The position numbers and the translations under genes are program-made. The notes beneath the pieces are model-generated. The model saw only the letters and a program-made list of their open reading frames with translations, was not told where the DNA came from and searched no databases. From NCBI GenBank assembly GCA_023920165.1, contig CP089279.1:1860001-1924000 (forward strand): a DNA stretch of 64,000 bases, written 5' to 3'. Positions 24,308 through 34,676 of this stretch are shown here, in pieces. Position 1 is the stretch's first letter; the number at the start of each line of letters is the position of its first letter. Source of the stretch: Curvularia clavata (taxonomy: Eukaryota).

Positions 24308-26609
24308 TAGCTCCTTCTTAGACCGCTCTAGTACCTGCCGATTTATTACTTCAGCCTCTTTGTACTGGCCCTGCGCGCTCAGTGCTGCTGCTAGGTTACT
24401 CATGCATCCTAGCGTTGTAGGATGATTAGGCCCTAGCACCTTCTCATACCGCTCCAGTACCTGCCGATTCATTGCTTCAGCCTCTTCGTACTGGCCCTGC
24501 GCGCTCAGTGCTACTGCTAGGTTATGCATGCACTCTATCGTATAATAATAGTCAGGCCCCGTCTCTTTCTCTAATTGGGCCAACCTTGATCGGAGCTTCA
24601 CCACATGCAACTCTTGGGAATGATCTTCATATTCGCTAGAAGAGATCTCGCTTGTTGAATCTCCCACAGATTCTTCGTCAGATTCAACACCAGAAGGTAG
24701 CACCGCAAGAGCTACTTCTTCCATATGACGTGCGATATGGAGTGACAAGTCATTACGGTCCCCGGAAATGAACTCAACACAAAGTGGACATGTCACCTCC
24801 GAGACTCGAATGTCCATACCATGGTGATCTTGCAGATGGTTCATCAACGCCTCACTGTTCTCAAAAAACGCTTGAGTGTCGCGACATTCAGCGAAGAAAC
24901 AAGCATATGCCAGTATGTCATCAAAAACATGCTTCCTAAGACGGCGCAATCAGCGTTAATTTTGTCTGGGTAGTATGGGAATAAATCGACTCACTTCCAA
25001 GCTTTGGTTCGCCGAAAATCCACTTGCCTGTTGCAGATCTCACACGTAAATGGCTCACCGGACCGCGCTTGCGCTGGTAATGGTGGTACGCGTTTGTGGC
25101 TTGCTTCAGCCCTGCTAGACACCACTGAGGGTGCGTAGATAGATTCAGGGCGAGAAGGATTGGCAATAATCTTGAACCCAACTTCCGATTGTGTCGGCAA
25201 AGAGACGCCGAGTCCGGAGTCATGGAATATTGTTTTCGCCTTCTCCAAAGCAGTTGTTTGAAGTTCTTGCTGTATCGTTTCCCGTTGCAAACGGAGCACA
25301 TGGTTGTATCGATCCCAGTTCAACTTTCCTAACCGGGCCACAATTGCTGATGCAGCTAGAGGGAACTTTTGGGAGATGCTGTTAGCGTAGGCTTGTTCCG
25401 GTAAATGCTCTTTGATGTCTTGGATAGCCCGAGGTTCCTCATCGTCGAAGCTTTCCTCCGCTGGTGATGCTAGGCTGGGCGCCAACATGATAAGAGTATC
25501 AATCTTCGTGCGGAGAGTCTGGCATAATGCTTCTGGGTCTTGCTCGGGTCGATAAGTAGAATGATGCTGTTCTTCAATCATGTTCATGGCCTGTTCTAGG
25601 CAAGTCGAGATTGCCGTTGACTGTAAAACCTTCTTCTGACGAGGCTCGCTGCTGATCATTTGAATTAATGCTGTTCCATGTCAGTGACTGCGCAATATAG
25701 TGGATGGGATAGCTACGTACATGTGCTGACGAATTGGCAGATAGATACGAGAACGGTCAGACAGATATCGCGCAGTTGGCGAGAGTCTTGAAGCATATCA
25801 TCGAGCTCGCCTCGCCATAATCCAAGGTCAATACCCCAGAAAAATAAAGCTGCGCAACTTTTCTCCAGGGAGCCATGGTGTTGGGTCATATTGGAATGCA
25901 TCCTGACCTCAATGAGTATGAGTCCTAGCGTCTCTATGAGAGACTTATAAAGCGATCCGATGGGTCCTTGTTCGTGGAGTTCATAGTTTCGAAAATCCTC
26001 TAATGGGAACCTCCGTAAACTCTCATCGCTATTTTCCAGTGCATGGGTGCTAGGAGGCACTGCCGGAGTCGGGTTGATCGCGGACGATGATGCTGGTTCT
26101 TGGAAGCGTCCCGATTCAGCCTTCCAACGCTCCATGACCAAGTCGGCCTCACGGGAAACCTCTGATGGAAACATGACCAACAGCTATTTGGAGCACCTCA
26201 TCTGTCGCATGCGACTTCCTCAGTCTTGAGGTTTCTTCCTATAGCGATGTGCCTTCGCTTTTACAATGTCAATTCTGTGTCGAACCGTTGTCACGTCCTT
26301 GATCGGCCGACCTTCGCTGCTTAGGCTGAACCTGCTAGGTCTTTTTTGAACAATAGCGTCGAAGTTAATGTCTCGGGACTTATGAGTAGATACTTCAAGG
26401 TCGCGAGACGTTACAGAAAGGGGGAAGGGTCTTAATTGATAGATTCTCCTTGCTGGCATGAAGATGCAGCTGAACAGCCATCAGGCTGCACCTGGGAGGG
26501 GCATGTGCGCCTATCAAATTGGGGGCCAAACTGCGCCTCCCTCTGCCAACAACGCGATTGTTCCTAGCTTAGACAACTGTCATGTCTCCCGAGATTGCTC
26601 ATCCTCATC

Positions 26610-28526
26610 ATGTCGGGCATCGAAATCGCAGGCCTAGTCTTTGGCGTCGTGCCCGTTGTTGTGGAGATTCTAAAGTCCTACAGCACAGCGAAACGTAAAT
26701 TGGCGACTTTCTCACGACATGTCGAAGTTGCATGCGACATCCAGCTGAGGTTTCAGGTAGCGGCAGCGAATTTCAACAATGATTGCCGCCTATTGCTGCA
26801 GGCGACTATCGCCCACCCAAGCGATGTCTCTGAGATGATGGAGGATCCAACGCATAAGAGCTGGCAGGAGCAAGGGAAGGACATTGAACAGCGACTGCGA
26901 GGCTTGATGCAACAAGACCACGAATTATGCCAGAACATCGTAACGCGGCTACGCGATATCCTCCGTGAAACACGAGACAGCCTGACCAAGCTCGAGGACA
27001 CACTGGGCAACGCAAAACAACCAAAACACGAGTTCGTGCGGAAAATCTGGCATGCTTTCAATACATCTCGCAAGGAGAACGAGTACATTCGACAGCTTGA
27101 TTCTTTGGACAAATGGAACAAGGCGCTGAGCAAGTTGCGAAAACAGAGGTGCAAGATTCAAAAGCGTCGCAATGTGCCTTCGGCTTGTATCATTCGCAAA
27201 GCTGTGCCGAGAAGCTATCAACAAATCCGCATCGCCTCGCAACAACTAGGAGAGTCGATCCACGACTCATGGTCTTGCACAAACACCTCTCATATTGGAC
27301 ACCAAGCCAGGCTATCGCTTGATGCCAAGAGCGGGTATGATAGTGTACAGCTTGATGTTGTTGTCGCATGTCAGCCGAAATCGGATTCAGCGCTTCGAAA
27401 GTAAGTCAGTGCGGATTTGCTTCACGGACCGAAGCGGTACATGAGAACTTCCCAGCTAACGAAGATGTACAGGCCATCCGCTGACGTGCCAATATGGCTG
27501 CAAATTCGGTCTATCACCTCACTCACAACATGCAGAGCACCATCATCGCCCCCGCCGGCCTTGGCGCTTGCATTATCTCGTGGAATAGAAGAAACATCGC
27601 AAATTGTAACCCAGAACTCGAAGAGCAGAGCCAAACCCAAGAAAAGAGTCCGAATCGATGACCCCAAGGACAACGTCAAATGTGTTCGAACGTCCGCAAC
27701 AAGCAATATAGAGACGACAGAGACTCAATCTTTTGTGATGTTGGACCTAAAGACAACAAAAAGCGTATGCTGCCATGTAACGAGAGTGCGCTCATCTACG
27801 TCGGCATGTCAAGATGGTTGCGTGGGGTTCCTCGAGGCTGCGAAGAGTCAACCAGCAGTGCGATTTATGTTCTACGATGCCAGCAAACTCGCCACCAACG
27901 ACAATTCTTCTTCCACCAGGCGACAAGGGGCGATGCCCATCAAGAGCCTTGTCCAACGCTTTCGAATACTGCAACAGATCACACTTGCACACAAGTTAGC
28001 TGAAGCTGTTCTCCAATACCACTCAACCTCCTGGCTGCCACAAGCATGGACTCTCCAAGACGTAGCATATTTTACAGATACATCTCAAGCAGATGTATGC
28101 GACATATCTGATGCACTGAACAGCTTACATCTGAGCAACCAGTTTCCAGACCGCGAATCATCCATTGTACAGTCAAAGCAAGAATCGCTGGATCTGAAGC
28201 ATACTTTTGGTATTCGTAACCTTATCCTGGCTAAGCTCGGCGTAGCACTATTGGAGATTTGTGCGCAAAAGGACATCACAGGGCCACGACTGGATGGTAC
28301 ACCATGTGAGATTATCGAGGCGAGAAAGCTACTTGATGAACAACATCATTCCATCATGACTCTGGGTAACCGTTATCTCAAGGTTGTGCGCAAATGTTTA
28401 CATTGCGACTTCTCTTGCGATGATGACGACCTTCACAGCGAGGCACTTCAAAGTGCGGTTTATACTGAGGTTGTGTGTGTTTTACAGGACATAAAAACCC
28501 AGTGGGAAAAATTTTTCAGCATATGA
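26610..28526 (+). CDS. Protein with HeLo-like/fungal STAND-type N-terminal helical domain and C-terminal kinase-C-lobe-like domain
   Basis: Start MSGIEIAGLVFGVVPVVVEILKSY. Intron 27401-27472 joins the exons in frame. C-terminal LAHKLAEAVLQYHSTSWL..W...DVAYF, LAKLGVALLEI, YLKVVRKCLHCDF. Frame is intact, ~614 aa. Confidence 0.8.
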
Positions 28527-28994
28527 AAATTCCCAATCAATTCTATATATTCTCGGAAACAGTCTTTCATACAACGGACGGCACCTCCAGACAGCTCAAG
28601 TGGCACTCTCTTCCAAGATCAGCCTAGTATTGGCCATTCTCATAACATACGAATTTGACACAGTAGCCTTGCCGAGAACAAGTTCCTAAGATCTCAGCCT
28701 ACGCCAAGAGGCGACCAGTGCATACCTCGCGCCGCGAGCTATCATATTATCACCAGCGAGCTTGCTGAGGTAATAGAAATAACATAGGAGAGGTAAACAG
28801 CATCAGTATCATAACAATTCAACTTTTATAATTCTCAGAGGTATGTAAAAGTGAATATTTTGTATATTCTCAATACCGGAAATGAAATGATACAGGTGAT
28901 GGCTGGAGCAAGAGATACAGTGAGGCATGATAACAGTTCACATCTGAAAACAAAATCTGAAAAAAAAACCCCTCCGGCCAACATCCTTTTAAAA

Positions 28995-29585
28995 TCACTC
29001 CTGGCTATCACAGCCCAAGGCCTCCCCTTCCACACCTGTCTGAGAGGAAGAAATCTTCTCTTTAGCCTTGCTCCAAAACCTGTCCAACGACTCTCCGCAA
29101 CTCTTGATCGTGTGACGGACAAACTTCTTCATAGCTTTGAGAGACTTTTTGCTGTTATGCTTGATCCTGGATGGCAGCGCGTCTTCATCGAGCAACAGAT
29201 GCCAACGGGCGTACAACACTACTTCTTTGAGGGAGAGATGCTTCTTGAATTGGACACCATGGTCATAGCGAAGTGACTCGAGGTCAGGAGTGCGCAAGAA
29301 CAACGGCGTATACTTGTATCCTGCAGGACCAGTTGACAGTGGTGAGCTGCTGTGGGGGTGAAGCTGAAGTGGGTCAGGAACATGAGGGCGCTGAAAGCGT
29401 CGTCGCTTGCGGGATCCAACGCCTGATTGGTAGTCGAAGTAGTCCTGGATGTCAGTCAATGCTCTTGCATCAGCTTGATTTGCTTGAATGGTGCTGCTGT
29501 TAGGCATGGTGCTGCTTCTATATACGTACGCACTGCGATGAGCTCTTTTTCGAGCTCGATCTGCCTGTAACTTAGAAGACATCAT
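28995..29585 (-). CDS. Hypothetical basic protein (196 aa)
   Basis: ATG-initiated ORF with a basic cluster (SRKRRR); no recognisable family. Confidence 0.45.
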   Translation of the reverse strand: MMSSKLQADRARKRAHRSAYVYRSSTMPNSSTIQANQADARALTDIQDYFDYQSGVGSRKRRRFQRPHVPDPLQLHPHSSSPLSTGPAGYKYTPLFLRTPDLESLRYDHGVQFKKHLSLKEVVLYARWHLLLDEDALPSRIKHNSKKSLKAMKKFVRHTIKSCGESLDRFWSKAKEKISSSQTGVEGEALGCDSQE

Positions 29586-29846
29586 GCATTCTAGTAGTAT
29601 ATAGCTATAAGTTAGTTATTTGCTTGTAAACCAATATATAGTAGAAGAGAAATGAAGTGAGAACTGGAACTGATTTGTTGGATTTAAGGCGAGTGGTCTT
29701 AGTTGATGCATTGTGTCAAAGAATCAAATTCTAATCATCGTTCCTTCACAACGCAAAATTTTGGAAGATTCATATATTAATAGAAAAACTAGGATGCAAT
29801 GAGATCACTCGGTCAATGCATTGTTTAGAAGTTGAAGCACCGTATT

Positions 29847-30578
29847 TTACTGGCCAATCGGCCCAACGTATAGCCATTCGCCATCTTCTTGTATCCGCCA
29901 GGGACTTGCAAACATTTGAATCTTTTCACCCGTATCTGACCCCATATCGAGATACCACTGTCCAGCAATTGCATCCCATTCCCAGTCTTCCCAAGTTCCC
30001 AATTTCTCCGCAGCGGTATCTGGCAGCAAATTTGTCCCGGCCATGCTCACATGTTCCCATACACCCCTCGCCGCGTTCAATTTCCATTGCGAGAGGTAAA
30101 TGTACGCATTTTGAGTGGGAAGGAAAGTGTAAAACTCATGCCATGCGGGATCCCAACTCCAGGAATAAGCTGACAGCGTCTGTTGGGGTGTTTGCTGTTG
30201 AACAGAATGCGCAGATCTAACCAAGTGGCTGAGCATACGCGTCGCGCTCGAAAGGTTGGCTAAATCGAGTGTAGTTGGCAATGGTTCGTCCCAAGAGTGT
30301 TGTGGTGGCCGCCATTCTCCTCTCGAGCGAAGTTGCCGTTCTAACATCACAACTTCTTCCAAAAGGCCCTTCAAGTGAGTTTTTGTTTCTTCTTGAACAG
30401 CTGCAAGCACTGTGACTACTGCTGCTTCACCACTCAGGGGCGAATCATGCACCGATTCTGAGAAGAGATCTTGACGGCCGCCTTCGACATCCTCGGTGAA
30501 TTTTTGTATGGCAGTCTGAAGTATCAAGACCGCATCTGTTAGCTCTCGAGCTAGCGTCCCGTTGTTTGTCGACGCCAT
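29847..30578 (-). CDS. Hypothetical protein with helical N-terminus and Trp-rich C-terminus
   Basis: 243-aa ATG ORF with natural-looking composition and repeated W-x-W-D motifs. Confidence 0.65.
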   Translation of the reverse strand: MASTNNGTLARELTDAVLILQTAIQKFTEDVEGGRQDLFSESVHDSPLSGEAAVVTVLAAVQEETKTHLKGLLEEVVMLERQLRSRGEWRPPQHSWDEPLPTTLDLANLSSATRMLSHLVRSAHSVQQQTPQQTLSAYSWSWDPAWHEFYTFLPTQNAYIYLSQWKLNAARGVWEHVSMAGTNLLPDTAAEKLGTWEDWEWDAIAGQWYLDMGSDTGEKIQMFASPWRIQEDGEWLYVGPIGQ

Positions 30579-31420
30579 GATGCTATGCGTAGTGTTTTGT
30601 GATGAACGCTATCAGAGACGATCAGATACCGGGGTTGTGTTATAGGGCCAGAGTTGTGCGATTGGTTGGACGTCATGTGGCGTTTGCCATAGGTACGGCA
30701 ATTGGTGGGTGCAGCTTACTTGCTATTGTCGCCACCGTCAGGACTGATCTCATGCACTAGAACGTTGAATGTGAATTAGAGAAACTCACGAAGGCTCCTT
30801 AAAAACTCGAATATTTCACCATCTAGAGCGACTGTAGTAGTCTGAATTGGCGTGCGAATAAATTTCGAGCTCGCCTATAAACAGACGAACGGTTGCGTCA
30901 TGGGTAGCCTCGTGGCTACGGTAACGGCACCCCACTAATCACTTGTATAGTATCAAGTACAGCGCATTTCTAGTCTTCGAGAGACACAAACTGTGTTACT
31001 TGGTTTTTCCAGGTGAGATTCGGTCATTTCCTATCTCTACTGGCCTGGTGTTTGAAGGATTTTGGCAACACATGCAATTCGTCATCTCATTAGGACTCGT
31101 ACACGTCTCGCCTGATTTAAGGCCTAATCAGCACTACTGCTTGTGCTAGGCAAGGAAAGGAAAGCACAACACAAGTTTAAGCATAGGCATACCATTACCA
31201 AGATGTATCACTTACATGGTACGGCTATGGCTAATAGCTCCTCTGGCCTGTCGCTAAAATATAAAGCCCTTGCTTGCTGCTTCGATCCTATCGCCCTGCA
31301 GTTCACAGTATTGCTCCTGCTCTCGACTCTGCACACGAGACAGTACAGATAGGTCGCAACTGTTTGCCGATTTGGCTCCCTTGTTCAGGGCCAGCTCCCA
31401 TCACAAATATTTCACACGCC

Positions 31421-32863
31421 ATGAACGCCTTTGTATTCCCACCTTTGAATAGTACAACTTCTTCTGTCTCATGGAATGCATGCCCTCCGCAACTAGGATT
31501 TCCCTCAGCCCTAGAATGCGCCACATTCTCAGTTCCCGTGGATTGGGATACACCGTATGGTGAGCACTTCGACCTCGGACTTGTCAAGCTACCTGCAATA
31601 CCTTCAAACACAACCTCTAAAATCGGCCCTCTCTTTATAAACCCCGGTGGCCCCGGCTCACCAGCTTCTGGCATAGTAGCTTCCATGGCGCTAGGCGCAT
31701 TCGAGCATCAAACACTTCAACTCCGAGCCTGGTTTGATATCATCGGACTAGATCCACGTGGTGTCGGCTTGAGCCATCAAGTAAATTGCAGCAAAGAAAT
31801 TTACGCTGAAGCTATTTCCCTTTTCCCTCAGACGCAAGAAGAATATGACGCGCTCGCCGACAAGAACAAGCGACTAGGGGAATCTTGCCGTGAGTTAACG
31901 GGGCCGCTGCTTGAACACGTTGATACAATCAGTGCTGCGAAAGACCATGAAGCCGTTCGAGTCGCTCTGGGAAATGAGCCTATGAACTTCCTCGGATTGT
32001 CGTACGGATCTCAACTGGCTGCGCAGTACATCAGTTTGTTTCCCAACAATGTCAGGACTCTGGCCCTCGATGCCGTCGTGCAGCATTCACAGGCCAAGGC
32101 AGCCGAAATTCTCATTGGCGCATCATCTTATGAGCACGTTCTAGAGCACTTCTTCGAGTGGGCAGCCACTGATAACTCTTCTGCCCTTCGCGGACAGGAT
32201 GCGAAAGCAGTGTGGGTAAATGTGCTTGCTAGCGCAAAGAAAACACCAATACCCGCATTGTCTTGCGATGGCGTAAACTGTCGACAGTTTGTAACCGATG
32301 AAGATATTCGATTCAATGCCCAGGGTCATCTAAATTTCCCTGGCTCAGGAAACGGTCTCGGTGCGTCCTGGGTGCTTCTCGCGTCAGCTTTGTCCAACGC
32401 TTCGCACGGCGACGCAACCGCCTTGTCAACATATTCAAATCCCGAAATTTTTTCTCGATTAGCTATCCAATGTTTAGACTGGGATCGCTCGAATTCACTT
32501 ACAGAGGTCAAAGCTAAGTCGATAATGGCCGATACCTACTCGGGTCTTGTAGGTGGTGCCAATCATAGATGGCACTCACAGCATGCCTGTATTGGATGGC
32601 CGGCTTCGGTGAAGAATCCGCCGAAGAAATTAGACGTCGTGTCTGAAACGACGGTGCTCATGGTGACGAGTACAGGAGACGCTTCGACGGGCCTCCCGTT
32701 AGCGGTGGGCTTGCTAGAAGAGATTCCAAATGCAGTATTGATAGTCCGCCAAGGTGATGGGCATGGAAGTTTACCTATGGGTGGTGAGGCGAGCGAGCTT
32801 TTTCTTGAATATTTGGTCACAGGCAAGGCTCCTGCAGAGAGGTTCTTGACAACAACATCGTGA
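31421..32863 (+). CDS. Alpha/beta hydrolase, TAP/tripeptidyl-aminopeptidase-like (S33)
   Basis: LECATFSVPVDW, LFINPGGPG, IIGLDPRGVGLS, nucleophile elbow GLSYG, STGD, GDGHG. Intronless; start uncertain. Confidence 0.85.
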   Translation: MNAFVFPPLNSTTSSVSWNACPPQLGFPSALECATFSVPVDWDTPYGEHFDLGLVKLPAIPSNTTSKIGPLFINPGGPGSPASGIVASMALGAFEHQTLQLRAWFDIIGLDPRGVGLSHQVNCSKEIYAEAISLFPQTQEEYDALADKNKRLGESCRELTGPLLEHVDTISAAKDHEAVRVALGNEPMNFLGLSYGSQLAAQYISLFPNNVRTLALDAVVQHSQAKAAEILIGASSYEHVLEHFFEWAATDNSSALRGQDAKAVWVNVLASAKKTPIPALSCDGVNCRQFVTDEDIRFNAQGHLNFPGSGNGLGASWVLLASALSNASHGDATALSTYSNPEIFSRLAIQCLDWDRSNSLTEVKAKSIMADTYSGLVGGANHRWHSQHACIGWPASVKNPPKKLDVVSETTVLMVTSTGDASTGLPLAVGLLEEIPNAVLIVRQGDGHGSLPMGGEASELFLEYLVTGKAPAERFLTTTS

Positions 32864-33095
32864 TGGTGACGGTATGATATGAATGTACATCAAATGCTAA
32901 GAGCAAGTTTGATCCAACTTGTCACCGATAAGTTCCAGTGAAACAGGCACACGACTAATGGTAAAAGCAGGACTGAAGGTAGGCATGCGTAAATGCAGCT
33001 CAAAGTGTGATTCAAGAGGGGTAAAAGAATTATAAGTCAGGGTATATACATCGTTCGTTCCCCAGCATCTCCCCCAAATCCTTCACTTAGCACAT

Positions 33096-33516
33096 CTACA
33101 ACAGAAGAGCAGCGATGGCACCGACACCAGCAAGGGCACTGCCGACCTTGAGGCCAGAAGCAGCGCCAGTGAACTCAGGGTAGGGAGGGCTGGTGCCAGA
33201 AGGAGCAGCGGTGCCAGTGCCAACAGGAGGCTTGACGCTGGCGACAGTGGAAGCATCGGGGACACCGGCAGTGCCAGTGGGGTAGACGGCGGAGGTAGCG
33301 TAGTAGCTGGAGCCGCTGGAGGGAGCAACAGGAGTGTGGCCAATGGGCATGGTCCTGAAACAGAGGGTGTCAGCAGGTTTGGATAGTGGTGTGAATACAA
33401 AGCAGGACGTACTTGGTCACGGTGACGGTGACGGGAGCAGCGCAGCTCTCACCCGCAACGGGGTATTGGGCAGCGACAGCTGCGACGAGAGAAGCGGCGA
33501 TGATGGCGAAACGCAT
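33096..33516 (-). CDS. Small secreted S/T/P-rich GPI-anchored cell-wall protein (ccg-6/Mmc-like)
   Basis: Signal peptide MRFAIIAASLVAAVAA, intron 33355-33412, C-terminal PEFTGAASGLKVGSALAGVGAIAALLL GPI signal. Confidence 0.8.
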
Positions 33517-34676
33517 TTTGCTTGATGTTCTCGGTTGGTGAAGAAGATTGATGGGTATAGAACAAAAAAGAGTAGTTGAATAGGAGAAATATGCGTCGAG
33601 GTAAAGACCGTAGGAGGTTGTTTTCAAAGGAGTGACTAACAGTATGAACTACTATTGATTATGAGAAGGTTTGGATGGAAGTAAACAAAGAATCTACTGG
33701 CGAGGTGTGGAAGGGGTCTTATACATGTCGCATATTAACAGTAGATGAAGGAGACCAGGTGGGTAGTGTGGATGCGGACGCGCCAGCCTCGCTTGGGATC
33801 AACAATGTTAATTCATTTCCCTATGGGCGGGGGTGTGTGTGGATTGGATACAAGATCACTGCTATTGCACGAGCCATGGAGAACAGGGTGGGAAGGTCAA
33901 AAGCTGGGGGGTAGGCGATAACGGAGATTGGACGATGATCTACGAGAGACGGGAGCGATGGTTGGCTGGAGCAGTCTATGAGCGGGCGGGTAGTAATGTA
34001 TTAGTGAATTGCGTATTGCTCCATATCCACCGGCATTGTTCCGCTTCCCAAGTTGATTCTTCTTGGTGTTCCTACTCAATGCCTCGGACAGGTTTGAAGC
34101 AGTATGCGGCTGCAGCACATGGCCTTGATCGAACATGGGCGGTGTTTCGAAACATGGCGCCGAGTAACCCAAGGCCGTGGCCAGGACAAAGGGATATTAA
34201 AAGCTCATCTTGATAGGAGCGGCACAAGATTAGCATTGGATGCATCTGAGACGCTAGTGGGCCCCTGGGCCTAATGCTGATTGGTCTCACGTTTTTTGGA
34301 GAAACATCCGAAGAAAAGTGCCTGTTGATCCATGTCGCACCTTTACCGCTTGTGGTGCACCCACGCAAAGGCAACATGGAACTAGAGAGTCGCCATAGTC
34401 ACATCCAGCAAGGGATGAAGGACCAGACATCGCAACTAAGATATCGGAGGGTTTGCAAGAGGCGCGGATACTGTATGCAAGCAGTTCGCGCAATGTGGAA
34501 AAGTTCGTATTCGCTAATCTTCTCATGGTCAAAGACCTGGGGTATTGCTCTAGCACCGTCAATCATGTCAACATGGTCTGATTGACTACATGGGGGGAAG
34601 AATACACCTTCAACGCCAACAATAAATGCCCCCAACATCACAGCCGAATTCAGCCACGACTCTCCAGCTCTCCAGC

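Larger units (their letters stand above)
20792..26180 (-). pseudogene. Transposon-interrupted multidomain gene: helical N-terminus, C2H2 zinc fingers, TPR repeats, PHD, SANT/Myb, Sgf29-like Tudor
   Basis: ORFs 25713-26180, 24991-25659 and 24287-24949 join in frame through introns 25671-25720 and 24936-24994. Removing 22168-24307 plus one TA joins ...ERSKKEL to [13 protein letters not shown]... in frame with ORF 20792-22135. The 5' end is uncertain and may extend to 26459. Confidence 0.8.

Noticed and set aside
17722..34600. Starship-type giant mobile element as origin of the accessory region
   Set aside because: No tyrosine-recombinase captain gene and no boundary repeats that I can identify in the window.
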